64,000 bases of DNA from Candidatus Kaelpia aquatica (GCA_030765335.1 JAVCCU010000008.1:3-64002), one strand, 5' to 3'; positions 1 to 10,573 are shown, counted from the first letter of the stretch. Notes: generated by a model from the letters alone, not told the origin. A program made the numbers and translations.

Positions 1-1089
1 CTTCAGTTAATCGAAGATATGTATCCAGGAAGCATAAATTCATCCTTTGGCCTAATCGATGGGATAGATACAACAAACGATCTTGGAATATACCTTAACT
101 CATCACTATTGCAAGGAATAACACTTGCAGCTATTACAAACAGCCTCAACAATGGAATTAGAGGTTTATTTGCAGGCAGCGCAGAGTACGCTAAGATTGC
201 CAATTTGATAGAGAATGAGGCATTCTTTACAGAGACTGATATCGATGATGAGCTTTCTTCGGTTCACAATGCAATAGCTGATGCTTTAGCAAACGATGAG
301 TGGCAGGTGGGAGAAGCGCTCTTTAGCTATTTTAAAGATATAGTTACAACTTATGGAAAAGAGGCCGACTTCCCTGGCCTAGTTCAAATGGAAGCTGATG
401 TTAATCAAGCAATAGATGATGGTTTAGCTATGCTTTACAATGAAGCACAGACCTTACTCAACGCTGATAACTACCAAGAGGCTATTGTAGCATTCCAGAC
501 TATTCTTTATTATGATACCCAGTATCAAAATGCAAGAGCTCTGCTTGATTTAGCAAGAGGAGAGAGAGATGATGCTGTTGTAATACCAAGCCTAGATACT
601 TTGATAACAGCATTTGAAGAAGGAAACCGTCCTAATGATTATATCTCTAAGATAGGACCTGTTAACGGTCCAAACGGAGATATAGATGTACAGATAGTAT
701 TTGATGAAGATATAACCCACGGTAAAGCTATAAGATTAGATTATCAATTACAAGCCGGTGGTTTTAATGGAATATACATGAATATTGATGATTTAGAGCT
801 TTCAAATACAGGTACACTCGTATTTGATATAAAAGGAGACTCCTTGGTTGGCATACCTGATAAAATTAAGATAGAGCTGCATCCTGAAGGTTCAAGTTGG
901 CCCTATCCATCTATTGAGATAGACAATATAACTGGAGATTGGCAAACAATAGAGATAGACCTAAGCAGTCTAGTGCCTTCTTTAGGAGCTAACTTTATAC
1001 TCCAGCAGATTGCAATAATATTAGAAGGCGATAATGTCGGCAATAATCAGGGTGCAATTTTACTAGATAATATAGGTTTTAGGGATTAA
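1..1089 (+). CDS. C-terminal part of a large glycoside hydrolase-like protein (GH144/DUF3131-like helix end, TPR-like linker, C-terminal CBM11/CIA30-like beta-sandwich); 5' truncated by window
   Basis: Frame open from base 1 (LQLIEDM...). SFGLIDGID...YLNSSLLQGITLAAITN resembles the GH144-type C-terminus; IRLDYQL..GGFNGIY..L..LVFDIKGD..KIKIEL..ITGDWQTIEIDL..GAILLDNIGF is CBM11/CIA30-like. Confidence 0.55.
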   Translation, partial: LQLIEDMYPGSINSSFGLIDGIDTTNDLGIYLNSSLLQGITLAAITNSLNNGIRGLFAGSAEYAKIANLIENEAFFTETDIDDELSSVHNAIADALANDEWQVGEALFSYFKDIVTTYGKEADFPGLVQMEADVNQAIDDGLAMLYNEAQTLLNADNYQEAIVAFQTILYYDTQYQNARALLDLARGERDDAVVIPSLDTLITAFEEGNRPNDYISKIGPVNGPNGDIDVQIVFDEDITHGKAIRLDYQLQAGGFNGIYMNIDDLELSNTGTLVFDIKGDSLVGIPDKIKIELHPEGSSWPYPSIEIDNITGDWQTIEIDLSSLVPSLGANFILQQIAIILEGDNVGNNQGAILLDNIGFRD

Positions 1090-2159
1090 ATCTTTGAAAT
1101 AATAGCTTCTGCCATCTCTTCTGTTCCGACAGCTGTTGGGTCTTCACGAGTAGGCTTTAAGTCATAAGTCACTGCTGTACCTTCTTTTAAGACTTCTGCA
1201 ACTGCGTTTTCAAGCTTACTTGCTTCGTCTTTAAATCCAAGATATTTTAACATCAACATACCTGATAATATTGTAGCAGTAGGATTGACCCTATTCTTTC
1301 CTTTATATTTTGGAGCTGAACCATGAGTAGGCTCAAATACAGCATAATTTTCTCCTATATTTGCACCAGGTGCAACACCAAGGCCTCCGACAAGTCCTGC
1401 ACAGAGATCAGATATAATATCTCCATATAGATTAGGAAGTACTAAGACATCATGCTCATGAGGCCTCATAACAAGCTGCATACAGGTATTATCAACTATT
1501 AATTCCCAGAACTCTATATCAGGATAGTTTTTGGCAACTTCACGCGATATTTCTAAAAATAGTCCGTCTGAAAACTTTAAAATATTTGCTTTATGCACTG
1601 CTGTGACCCTCTTTCTACTGTTCTCTCTTGCATAGCGGAATGCATAATCAACAATCCTTCTTGCACCCTCTTCAGTTATGAGCTTAAAACTTACACCCCA
1701 CTTCTTAGGCAGATCATATTTGTAGTACTCTTTAAGTATTTTTGATATCTCTTCTTCTCCTCCAAACTCAGGATTAAACTCTAAGCCTGAATAAAGATCT
1801 TCAGTGTTTTCTCTTACAATAACTATATCAACATTATCAAAGCGAGACTTTACCCCAGGATATGATTTACAAGGCCTAACGCAGGCATAAAGATCAAGAC
1901 TCTTTCTTATCTGAACATTGACAGAACGAAAACCTGTACCAATCGGCGTAACTATAGGACCCTTGATAGCAACCTTATTCTCTCTTATTGAATCTAGGAC
2001 ATGTTTAGGAAGAGGCGTTCCATATTTATCCATAACATCAGTTCCAGCATCTACAACATCCCACTCAATATCTACCCCAGTTGCCTCAACGCATCTTCTC
2101 ATAGCCTCGCTAACACTTGGACCTATACCATCACCTGGAATAAGAGTAATCTTTACCAC
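1086..2159 (-). CDS. Isocitrate/isopropylmalate dehydrogenase family protein (NAD-dependent ICDH/homoisocitrate DH-like)
   Basis: IPGDGIGP, RENTEDLY, HKANI, NLYGDIISD, FEPTHGSAP motifs. Confidence 0.92.
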   Translation of the reverse strand: MVKITLIPGDGIGPSVSEAMRRCVEATGVDIEWDVVDAGTDVMDKYGTPLPKHVLDSIRENKVAIKGPIVTPIGTGFRSVNVQIRKSLDLYACVRPCKSYPGVKSRFDNVDIVIVRENTEDLYSGLEFNPEFGGEEEISKILKEYYKYDLPKKWGVSFKLITEEGARRIVDYAFRYARENSRKRVTAVHKANILKFSDGLFLEISREVAKNYPDIEFWELIVDNTCMQLVMRPHEHDVLVLPNLYGDIISDLCAGLVGGLGVAPGANIGENYAVFEPTHGSAPKYKGKNRVNPTATILSGMLMLKYLGFKDEASKLENAVAEVLKEGTAVTYDLKPTREDPTAVGTEEMAEAIISKI

Positions 2160-2672
2160 TTAAATATCTCCCTTCTTCTTTATGTATTCTATGACTCCAC
2201 CCTCTGCTATTATCTTTTGCATAAAATCAGGAACTTTCTTACAATCTATCTCTTTATCTTTATTGAAAATCTTTATCTTTGAATTATTCATATCAAGCTC
2301 AATCTCATCACCATCATCAATTTGATCTGTATCCGCTTCTAAAACCAGCAGCCCAAGATTAACAGCATTTCTATAGAATATCCTGGCATAATACTTTGCA
2401 ATAATAGCCTGGACTCCTGCTGCCTTAAGTGCTTGAGGAGCTTGCTCTCTAGATGAGCCGCAACCGAAATTCTCACCAGCTACAACAAAATCATTCTCTT
2501 TTATTTTAGAAGCAAGAGAAGGGTCTAGGTCTTCAAAGACTTTCTTAGCAAGCTCTTTTGGGTCTGTAATAGAGAATTTATAGCGACCGGATATAATATA
2601 ATCGGTATTGATATCATCGCCTAATTTATGAACTCTACCTTTCATAGTCATCTTTTGTATCATATTTTTCAA
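2160..2672 (-). CDS. leuD: 3-isopropylmalate dehydratase/homoaconitase small subunit (true start probably a few codons downstream)
   Basis: [34 protein letters not shown]. Confidence 0.88.
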   Translation of the reverse strand: MKNMIQKMTMKGRVHKLGDDINTDYIISGRYKFSITDPKELAKKVFEDLDPSLASKIKENDFVVAGENFGCGSSREQAPQALKAAGVQAIIAKYYARIFYRNAVNLGLLVLEADTDQIDDGDEIELDMNNSKIKIFNKDKEIDCKKVPDFMQKIIAEGGVIEYIKKKGDI

Positions 2673-2801
2673 TTATTGACAACAGAGAACTTAATTTAAA
2701 CTAGTGCTTATACCTTTTCCATTGAAAAAACAACAATAAAGAGGTGAATTCATCACTTCAAACTCTACCTTAAATATTGTAGCTGGATTATTTTTATAAC
2801 C

Positions 2802-3578
2802 CTATAATGCACTGGCCTTTAGGAGTGCCTTGGTATAATCTTTTTGAGGATTATCAAGAATATCGGCACTCTTTCCTTCTTCTATAATAGAACCCTCATA
2901 TAAGACTATTATTCTATCTGATATAAAAGAAGCGACGCTTATATCATGGGTTATAAATATCATGCTTAAGTTCTCTTCTCTTTTAATCTGAAGAAGTAGA
3001 TTTAAAATTTGAGCCTGAATAGATAGATCTAGATTAGAGGTTGGTTCATCACAGATCAAAAGCTCAGGCTTAAGTATTACAGCCCTTGCAATGGCTATTC
3101 TCTGACGTTCTCCTCCTGATAGCTCATGAGGGTACTTAAAAAGATAGTCCGGGCGCAGCCCGACAACATCAAGAGTCTTTAAAACCTCATCTCTAATCTT
3201 CTTCCTAGGTACAATATTATGCACCAAGAGAGGCTCCCTCAATGTATCAAATACAGTATATCTTGGATTAAGGGTATTATAGGGATCTTGAAAGACTATT
3301 TGAATCTCTCTTCTTACTCTTAAATCTTTCTTATAAAGAACGCTCAGATCATTATCTTTAAAAAGAATCTCACCCTGATCCCGCTCATATAGACCAGCCA
3401 AAACAAAAGCAAGAGTTGACTTTCCAGACCCTGATTCGCCAATTACCCCAACTGTCTCTTTAGAGTAGAGCTTAAAGCTAACATCAGATAATGCAACTAC
3501 TTCGCCTCTTTTTTTAAGGAAAGCGCCTCCGGTCTTAAATCTCTTGTTTAAATTGCTGACCTCTAATATCTTCTTCAT
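2802..3578 (-). CDS. oppF: Peptide/nickel ABC transporter ATP-binding protein (OppF/DppF)
   Basis: GESGSGKST, FQDP, LSGGERQR, CDEPT; last gene of a five-gene ABC operon. Confidence 0.88.
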   Translation of the reverse strand: MKKILEVSNLNKRFKTGGAFLKKRGEVVALSDVSFKLYSKETVGVIGESGSGKSTLAFVLAGLYERDQGEILFKDNDLSVLYKKDLRVRREIQIVFQDPYNTLNPRYTVFDTLREPLLVHNIVPRKKIRDEVLKTLDVVGLRPDYLFKYPHELSGGERQRIAIARAVILKPELLICDEPTSNLDLSIQAQILNLLLQIKREENLSMIFITHDISVASFISDRIIVLYEGSIIEEGKSADILDNPQKDYTKALLKASAL

Positions 3579-4519
3579 ATCTTCTCTTTAAAACATCTTA
3601 AGAAATGACCTTTCTTTACTTCAATTAAAGGCGGCCTCTTTTTTTGACAAATATCCATAGCAAAAGTACAGCGGGGATAAAAAAGGCAGCCCTTGGGAAG
3701 ATCGCCAAAGTCAGGGCTCTTGCCTCTAATCTGTTTAAGCTCATCTACCCCTCTTTTGGGTATGCAATCAAGCAAGGCACGCGTATAAGGATGGAGAGGT
3801 TTCTCCTTTATCACACTGCTTTTAGCATATTCCACAACAGAACCAGCGTAGAATATATAGACTCTATCTGCGATATAGAAAGTCTGCTCTAAGTCATGAG
3901 AGATAAAAAAGATGCTTAAGCCCCTTTGATCTCTTATTTTTTTAAGTAGGTCAAGAATGCCTTTTTTAATATGGGCATCAAGTGCTGTAGTAGGTTCATC
4001 CGCAACTAATATCTTAGAGTTAGAACCGAGGGCAAATGCAATCGCTACGCGCTGAGCCATACCTCCAGATAGTTGATGAGGGTAGGATGAGAGCACCCGC
4101 TCTCTATCTTTCAACCCTACATCTAGAAGCAGTTTATCTATCATCTTATCATCTACTTCTTTTCTAGAGCCTACCTTTAATATCTCTTTTAACTGATATC
4201 TTATTGTAAACATAGGATCAAGACTTGGTATCGGATCCTGAAAGATATAAGATATAAGCCTGCCTCTAAAATAAGGGATCTGTTTTCTGTCTACATTATT
4301 AGATTTTATCTTATAACTCTTATAGCTTATTCTAGAGTTGCCCTCAGGCAGCAGGTCAGCTAAAGCCAAGGTGGATACAGTCTTCCCAGACCCAGACTCA
4401 CCTGCAATTCCAACGATCTCAGATTCTAATATATCTAAATCTAAACCCTGAACTACACTTATAAAAGAGTTTCTTTTTTTAAAATCAATATTTAAACCTT
4501 TTATCTCTAAAGATTTCAT
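3575..4519 (-). CDS. oppD: Peptide ABC transporter ATP-binding protein (OppD/DppD)
   Basis: GESGSGKT, YPHQLSGGMAQR, ADEPTTALD, HPYT and Cys-rich C-terminal extension. Confidence 0.9.
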   Translation of the reverse strand: MKSLEIKGLNIDFKKRNSFISVVQGLDLDILESEIVGIAGESGSGKTVSTLALADLLPEGNSRISYKSYKIKSNNVDRKQIPYFRGRLISYIFQDPIPSLDPMFTIRYQLKEILKVGSRKEVDDKMIDKLLLDVGLKDRERVLSSYPHQLSGGMAQRVAIAFALGSNSKILVADEPTTALDAHIKKGILDLLKKIRDQRGLSIFFISHDLEQTFYIADRVYIFYAGSVVEYAKSSVIKEKPLHPYTRALLDCIPKRGVDELKQIRGKSPDFGDLPKGCLFYPRCTFAMDICQKKRPPLIEVKKGHFLRCFKEKI

Positions 4520-5571
4520 CAGATTATTTTCCTCTTAGGATCATAGATATCCCTTAACGCATCTCCGAGCATATTGAATGCAACAACTGCAAGAAATATA
4601 AATAGACCTGGTATCAATATCCAAGGATGAAGTTTGATCTGTACAATCGCCATAGCATCTTTTAAAAGATTGCCCCAAGAAGGAACTGGGTCTTGAATGC
4701 CTAAACCCAGAAGACTTAAAGCAGATTCACCTAAAATATAAGATGGAATAGAAAGGGTAAGTGCTATGATTGTATAGGATGAGGTATTAGGGAGAATATG
4801 TTTTGTAATAATCTTAAAGCTAGAGAGCCCTACAGAGCGTGCTGCTAAGATATACTCCTTCTCGCGTAATCCCAACACAATACCTCTTATTACACGCGCA
4901 AGAGATGCCCAGCCGATAAAAGACAGTATTGTTATTATAAGAAAATATATCTTAACCGTACCTATCTCGGGAGGAAAAGATGAACGCAGAGCAAGGAGAA
5001 GATAGAAGCCCGGAACAAGCATCACCATCTCACATAGCCTCATCAAAATATTGTCGATCTTACCCCCGAAGTATCCAGCCGTTCCTCCGACAATTAAGCC
5101 AATAAAGAATGTGATTACAACAGCGATTAATCCTATTGAGAGCGATACTCTTCCACCATATATTATGCGGGAGAGGAGATCTCTTCCTCTTGAGTCTGCG
5201 CCAAAGAGATATAACTTAGCCTCAGCAGCTACTCCAAATAGATGGATATCAGCAGGGAATAACCCAAGCAGTTTATAGTTATCACCTCTAATAAAGAGCT
5301 CTATGGGGTATGCTCGACTCTTATCTTCCTCATAGACTCTCCTTCTGTTCTGATCCAGACTCATCTTATACTTATAGATAAAAGGCCTGAAGTGGAAATC
5401 TCCTTTTGAATCAAAGAAATTAATCTTAGACGGTGGAGCATAAGATAATATTCTCTTCTCGCTCCTATAATGGTAGGGTGAGATGAACCCTGCGAATATA
5501 GCACCAAGATAGAGGAAGAATAAAATTATAACAGCAATTAATCCACGTCTATGTCGAAATAACTCTTTCAT
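4519..5571 (-). CDS. oppC: Peptide ABC transporter permease (OppC/DppC)
   Basis: FGADSRGRDLLSR, EYILAARSVG, HILPN, PSWG. Confidence 0.9.
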   Translation of the reverse strand: MKELFRHRRGLIAVIILFFLYLGAIFAGFISPYHYRSEKRILSYAPPSKINFFDSKGDFHFRPFIYKYKMSLDQNRRRVYEEDKSRAYPIELFIRGDNYKLLGLFPADIHLFGVAAEAKLYLFGADSRGRDLLSRIIYGGRVSLSIGLIAVVITFFIGLIVGGTAGYFGGKIDNILMRLCEMVMLVPGFYLLLALRSSFPPEIGTVKIYFLIITILSFIGWASLARVIRGIVLGLREKEYILAARSVGLSSFKIITKHILPNTSSYTIIALTLSIPSYILGESALSLLGLGIQDPVPSWGNLLKDAMAIVQIKLHPWILIPGLFIFLAVVAFNMLGDALRDIYDPKRKII

Positions 5572-6533
5572 TTGACCCTTATCCTGGGATCTGCAAATCC
5601 AAGTAAGATATCTGCAATAAGATTACCGCCTATAAGCATAACCGAGGAGACAAGCATTGAGCCCATAACAAGATAGATGTCTTGGCTTCTTACAGCAGAG
5701 AGCATTAAAGAGCCAAGTCCGGGCCAGTTGCAGATAATCTCTGTTAATGCCGCACCGGATAATAATCCTGATATCTGATAACCAAATATAGTAATTAAAG
5801 GGTTAATTGCACTCCTCAATGCATGCACATAGGTCACTCTCTTCTCGCTGATGCCTCGAGCCCGCAGAGCAAGAATATAGTTAGATCTCAATACTTCAAG
5901 AAGGTTCCCTCGCATTATTCTTACTAAAGACGCAATAGCTCCTAACGATATAACCAGAGTGGGTATAATAAGGTGTTTAAATAAATCTAATATCTTAAAA
6001 AATAAACTTAGCTCTGTAAAATTAGCAGAGACCATACCTCCAAGCGGTAATATCCCCGCTAGATATGCAAAGTAGAGCAACAAGAACGCCATAAAGAAAG
6101 TCGGGATAGAGAGCAAAACGTATGATAAAAAAGATATTAGCCTATCCCAGGCTCTATCTACTTTAACCGCAGCAACTATCCCAAGAGGAAGAGCCACTAA
6201 CCAGGTAAAGAAGAGAGAAGAGAGCGTAAGGAGCAACGTGTTTAAAACTCTCGTTCCTAAAACCTTCGCAACAGGAATGTTGTAGGCAAATGAGTACCCA
6301 AAATCAAGATGTATTATGCGCTTAAGCCAGGCAAAGTATTGCATGAGCACGGGTTTGTCCAACTGATAAAGCTCTATGTATTTTTCTATAGTCTCTTCAG
6401 ATATCTGAGGATTAAGCCGCATCTGGTTAAAGAAATTACCAGGGGTCAGATTAATAAAGAGAAAAGCGACCAAAGAGATAACCAGGATTAAAGGCAGTGC
6501 TATAAGAAATCTTTTAAGAATATAAATTAACAT
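5568..6533 (-). CDS. oppB: Peptide ABC transporter permease (OppB/DppB)
   Basis: LDFGYS, RARG, HALR, WPGLG, ADPRIR. Confidence 0.9.
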   Translation of the reverse strand: MLIYILKRFLIALPLILVISLVAFLFINLTPGNFFNQMRLNPQISEETIEKYIELYQLDKPVLMQYFAWLKRIIHLDFGYSFAYNIPVAKVLGTRVLNTLLLTLSSLFFTWLVALPLGIVAAVKVDRAWDRLISFLSYVLLSIPTFFMAFLLLYFAYLAGILPLGGMVSANFTELSLFFKILDLFKHLIIPTLVISLGAIASLVRIMRGNLLEVLRSNYILALRARGISEKRVTYVHALRSAINPLITIFGYQISGLLSGAALTEIICNWPGLGSLMLSAVRSQDIYLVMGSMLVSSVMLIGGNLIADILLGFADPRIRVK

Positions 6534-6537
6534 AACA

Positions 6538-8256
6538 TCACTCTTCTTTATTTATTATATAGATCTCTTCTATATTGTGAAACACTCCTCCGTAAGGATT
6601 AGGGTCTAAATTACCGAATTTGTCCCTCACTGCAAATATACTTTCAGGTATCGCTGTATATATAAGAGGAAGCTCCCTTGATGCAATCTCCTGCCAGCTA
6701 TCATAAATACTCTTTCTCTTTTTTCTACCTAACGCCTGAACACCGTCTTTAAATAATTTATCTATCTCGGCTTCCCAAGATGTAGCTGGCCTCTCTTGTT
6801 TTGGATACCAGATATGGAGATGCCCGCTTGAGAGCCAGATATTAGATGAGAAATGAGGCTCAATACCTCCTGTAAAACCTAAGATAATAGCCTCCCAATC
6901 ATAGCTGCTGGATAACTTGGTAACCAGATTATTAAATTCAAGCGGCAGGAAATTAACTTTAATACCTACATTTATTAAATCTTCTTTTATAAGCTCAGCA
7001 ATCTTTACTCTAACGTTATTCTCTGCATTGGTAAAAAGATTGAAACTCACATCCTCTCCGCTCTTATCCTCTAAGATACCGTCGGAGTCGATATCAGAGA
7101 AACCGATATCAGACAAAAGCTCTTTTGCTCTATCTAAATCATAGCCATGCTCTTCTATGTTAGAATTATAAAAATAACCCGAAGATGGAGACAGAGGTCC
7201 AGATTGAGGATAACCAAAACCATTTAAGACTATATCTATTATAGAAGACCTGTCCAAAGCATAAGATACCGCCTCTCTAAACCTTCTGTCTCTAAACCAT
7301 TCTAATTTTCTCTTATCTATATAAGTCTCTTGAGTCTTTGGATTAATGCTGTTATTTTGATTAAAAGTGATGAAGCTAGATCCAAATGCAGGCCCGACTT
7401 CATAGATCTTAAACCCTTTACTCTTCTCTTCTGGTTTTAAGATAGCATAATCTTCACCTCTTAAAGAGTAGTAATCAATCTCTGAATCAAGAAATTTTAA
7501 GAGCGCGGTATCACTGTTAGGAACTACCAGAAACCTAACACCCTTAAGATAAGAGAGACTATTGCCATCTTTGTCCTTCTTCCAATAATGTTCATTTCTG
7601 ACTAACTCAACAAGCTGGCCCGGAATATATCTAGAGAGTTTAAAAGGCCCCGTACCTACAATTCCGCTTGGGGTTGAATCAAGAGTCCAAAAACTATTAA
7701 ACTTATCTGCTTTTACGACATCTGCTAAGATATGTTTGGGCAAAATATCAGTACCCATCGCCATTAAAAATGGAGCATAGTTTGAGGAGAGAGTAAATCT
7801 TACGCTATAGTCATCTATCTTTTCTACCTTAAAAGGCTCTCCATCTACTTTAAGAACGTCTGATGCACTAGATGGAATTTTAGAATTATAGATAAGGCTA
7901 TTAAAAGTAAAGACGACATCGTCAGCACTAAAAGGTACGCCGTCATTCCATTTAACATCTTCTCTTAAATAGAATACCCACTCTTTCCCTCCTCGTTTTA
8001 TCTGCCAAGATTTAGCCAGATTAGGCTCAGCTTCCTTTGTGTAGACATTGACTCGAGTTAAACCTTCAAAGATGAGTCCAGTAATACTAGTAGTAGAGGT
8101 CTCTTTAGCTAAAACAGGATTAAACGATTTAGGATCAGATACTGAAGCAAAAGCTAGGTAGCCGCCATATCTAGTATTACCTCTCTCTACCTCTAGGCTC
8201 TTCTCACCATTTGCACATGAGGTAAACAAGATCAAAAGGAGAACTAAAAATTTCAT
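6538..8256 (-). CDS. oppA: Family 5 ABC substrate-binding lipoprotein (OppA/AppA-like)
   Basis: Lipobox FTSC, DPKSFNP, PNLAKSW, KWNDGVPFSADDVVFT, GTGPF. Confidence 0.9.
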   Translation of the reverse strand: MKFLVLLLILFTSCANGEKSLEVERGNTRYGGYLAFASVSDPKSFNPVLAKETSTTSITGLIFEGLTRVNVYTKEAEPNLAKSWQIKRGGKEWVFYLREDVKWNDGVPFSADDVVFTFNSLIYNSKIPSSASDVLKVDGEPFKVEKIDDYSVRFTLSSNYAPFLMAMGTDILPKHILADVVKADKFNSFWTLDSTPSGIVGTGPFKLSRYIPGQLVELVRNEHYWKKDKDGNSLSYLKGVRFLVVPNSDTALLKFLDSEIDYYSLRGEDYAILKPEEKSKGFKIYEVGPAFGSSFITFNQNNSINPKTQETYIDKRKLEWFRDRRFREAVSYALDRSSIIDIVLNGFGYPQSGPLSPSSGYFYNSNIEEHGYDLDRAKELLSDIGFSDIDSDGILEDKSGEDVSFNLFTNAENNVRVKIAELIKEDLINVGIKVNFLPLEFNNLVTKLSSSYDWEAIILGFTGGIEPHFSSNIWLSSGHLHIWYPKQERPATSWEAEIDKLFKDGVQALGRKKRKSIYDSWQEIASRELPLIYTAIPESIFAVRDKFGNLDPNPYGGVFHNIEEIYIINKEE

Positions 8257-8534
8257 TGAGATTGTTCTGTGGTATTCTCCTCGGGCACTCTCTCCATAAG
8301 AGATCTGCTCTTCTCTGTAGAGAGTTTTGCTAAAATTATACTTAAGATTATAAAGAGTGCCGCTAAAATAGACGTTGCTTTTACTAATACAGTTGTCGCC
8401 TTAGGCCCAAAGACAGATTGAAAAGCTCCTCCTAGAGCTTCAGATAACCCGCCGCCTTTTCCACTCTGCATTAAAATTACAGAGACAAGCACTGCGCAGA
8501 CAATTACATATATTACGATCAAAAAAGTATACAT
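8253..8534 (-). CDS. secG: Preprotein translocase subunit SecG
   Basis: Two TM helices with ILMQSGKGGGL...FG; follows tpiA as usual. Confidence 0.92.
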   Translation of the reverse strand: MYTFLIVIYVIVCAVLVSVILMQSGKGGGLSEALGGAFQSVFGPKATTVLVKATSILAALFIILSIILAKLSTEKSRSLMERVPEENTTEQSQ

Positions 8535-8547
8535 AGTCTAACCTCCA

Positions 8548-9318
8548 TTATTGCTTTGCACTCAAACCTTTTTTAACTAGTTCAGAGAAATCGCCTATCT
8601 CCAAACTTGCTCCTCCGACAAGCACGCCATCAAGGTCTTCTTTTTTCATTAAATCTTCTATGTTGTCAGACTTAACACTCCCCCCATACAAAATAGAAGT
8701 GCTGTCTGCCGCTTCTTGATCATACTTTTTAACTAACTCTTCTCTTATAAGAGCATGCACTTCTTGAGCCTCTTGAGGCGTTGCATTCTTACCTGTACCT
8801 ATAGCCCATACAGGTTCATAAGCTACGACTATCCTAGCCAGATCATCTTTGGATATACCTTCAAGTCCTCCCAGCAGTTGGGTTTTTACAACTTCTTCCA
8901 TTCTACCTTCTTCTCTCTCTTCTAAGCTTTCACCGACACAGAATATCACCTCTAAATTATTTTCAAGAGCCAGCTTTATCTTTTTATTAATAAGAGCATC
9001 ATCCTCTTTAAAATATTTTCTTCTCTCAGAGTGCCCTATAATAGTATATTTACATCCTGCATCTTTAGCCATCAAAACTGATATCTCACCAGTGTAGGCA
9101 CCGGAAACTTCAGAATGTATATTTTGAGCACTTAAATCAATGTTGCTATCGACTATTGTGTCACCCACGCAGCTTAAAGCTGTAGAAGGCGGGGCTACCA
9201 CTATCTTAGCCTCTTCAATATCTACGAGCTCACGCTTGAGACCATTAACCAGTTCAAGCGCCTCTTTAATAGTTTTATTCATCTTCCAATTTCCAGCAAA
9301 AATCAAATCTCTAGCCAT
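8548..9318 (-). CDS. tpiA: Triosephosphate isomerase
   Basis: AGNWKMN, GHSERR, AYEPVWAIGTG, LYGGSV, LVGGASL. Confidence 0.98.
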   Translation of the reverse strand: MARDLIFAGNWKMNKTIKEALELVNGLKRELVDIEEAKIVVAPPSTALSCVGDTIVDSNIDLSAQNIHSEVSGAYTGEISVLMAKDAGCKYTIIGHSERRKYFKEDDALINKKIKLALENNLEVIFCVGESLEEREEGRMEEVVKTQLLGGLEGISKDDLARIVVAYEPVWAIGTGKNATPQEAQEVHALIREELVKKYDQEAADSTSILYGGSVKSDNIEDLMKKEDLDGVLVGGASLEIGDFSELVKKGLSAKQ

Positions 9319-10501
9319 CTTGTCTCTCCTTTAATGCCGCAATTCCAGGTAGAACCTTGCCCTCAAGATATTCAAGAGAGGCTCCGCCTCCAGTTGAAAT
9401 ATGAGAAAATTTATCCACCATATCCATTTTTTCAATACAGGCTGCAGTATCTCCGCCCCCTATAACCTTAACAGCTTCCACTTTAGCTAAAAATTCAGCA
9501 ATCTCTCTAGTCCCGTAGGAGAAATCTTCAATCTCAAATATTCCTAAAGGCCCATTCCAAACAACCATCTTAGCGTCTTTTAATTCCTCTTTAAATAACT
9601 CTCTTGTCTCCTCTCCTATATCTACTGCAATCTTACCTTTTGGAATCTCTAAGCCAACTTTCTCTACTCTAGCTCCGTCTTTTATCTCTTCTACCACAAT
9701 ATGGTCTAGCGGCAAGACTATTTTCTTTCCCTTGTTCTCCGCTAGGGCCATTAACTCTCTTGCAAGCTCTATCTTATCTTCCTCAAGTTTAGATGACCCA
9801 ATCTCAACGCCTCTAGCTTTAAGAAAAGTGTAGGCCATACCTCCGCCTATTAAAATCTTATCAGCTACATTCAAGAGATTCTTTATAACTTCTATCTTAT
9901 CCGATACCTTTGCTCCTCCTAATATTGCATAGAACGGATGCTCAGGATCTCGGAGAATCTTCTCGAAATACTCTATCTCTTTCATTAATAGTAATCCAGC
10001 TGCAGCAGGAAGGTAGTCGGCTACCCCTACAACTGAGGCATGAGCCCTATGAGAAGAACCAAATGCATCATTAATAAAGAGGTCGCCTAAGAGAGATAGT
10101 TCTTTTGCAAATTTAGGGTCATTTGCAGTCTCTTCTGTATAAAACCTTACATTCTCAAGCAGTAAAACCTCTCCTTCTATTAATCCATCCGAAGCATCTT
10201 TAGCATCTTGGCCTATACAGCTATCGACTTTTTTTACTTCTTGGCCTAATAATTCACTTAGCCTACCCCGCACAGAATCAAGCCTTAAATTATCCATAAT
10301 ATTGCCCTTAGGACGGCCTAAATGACTCATAAGAATAACCTTAGCGCTATTTTCAAGAGCATAGTTAATCGTAGGAAGTGCCGCCCTTATCCGAGTATCA
10401 TCAGAGACTTTTAAATCATCGGTCAAGGGTACATTGAAATCGACTCTCATAAGAACCCTTTTCCCTTTAAGATCTAAATCCCTTATAGTCATTTTAGCCA
10501 T
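9311..10501 (-). CDS. pgk: Phosphoglycerate kinase
   Basis: RVDFNVP, SHLGRP, GGAKVSDK, GGGDT, STGGGASLE. Confidence 0.98.
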   Translation of the reverse strand: MAKMTIRDLDLKGKRVLMRVDFNVPLTDDLKVSDDTRIRAALPTINYALENSAKVILMSHLGRPKGNIMDNLRLDSVRGRLSELLGQEVKKVDSCIGQDAKDASDGLIEGEVLLLENVRFYTEETANDPKFAKELSLLGDLFINDAFGSSHRAHASVVGVADYLPAAAGLLLMKEIEYFEKILRDPEHPFYAILGGAKVSDKIEVIKNLLNVADKILIGGGMAYTFLKARGVEIGSSKLEEDKIELARELMALAENKGKKIVLPLDHIVVEEIKDGARVEKVGLEIPKGKIAVDIGEETRELFKEELKDAKMVVWNGPLGIFEIEDFSYGTREIAEFLAKVEAVKVIGGGDTAACIEKMDMVDKFSHISTGGGASLEYLEGKVLPGIAALKERQDG

Positions 10502-10545
10502 AAATGCCTCCTGTTGTTACATAAAATACAAAGATTACTTAATAA

Positions 10546-10573
10546 ATTATATAGATTTAGACCAAAAAGTCAA
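10546..10573 (-). promoter_or_regulatory. Sigma70-type promoter for the pgk operon
   Basis: TTGACT-N16-TATAAT on the minus strand upstream of the GGAGG RBS of pgk. Confidence 0.6.

Noticed and set aside
2741-2759. Hairpin GAGGTGA/TCACTTC as the opp terminator
   Set aside because: Weak stem with a mismatch on the relevant strand.
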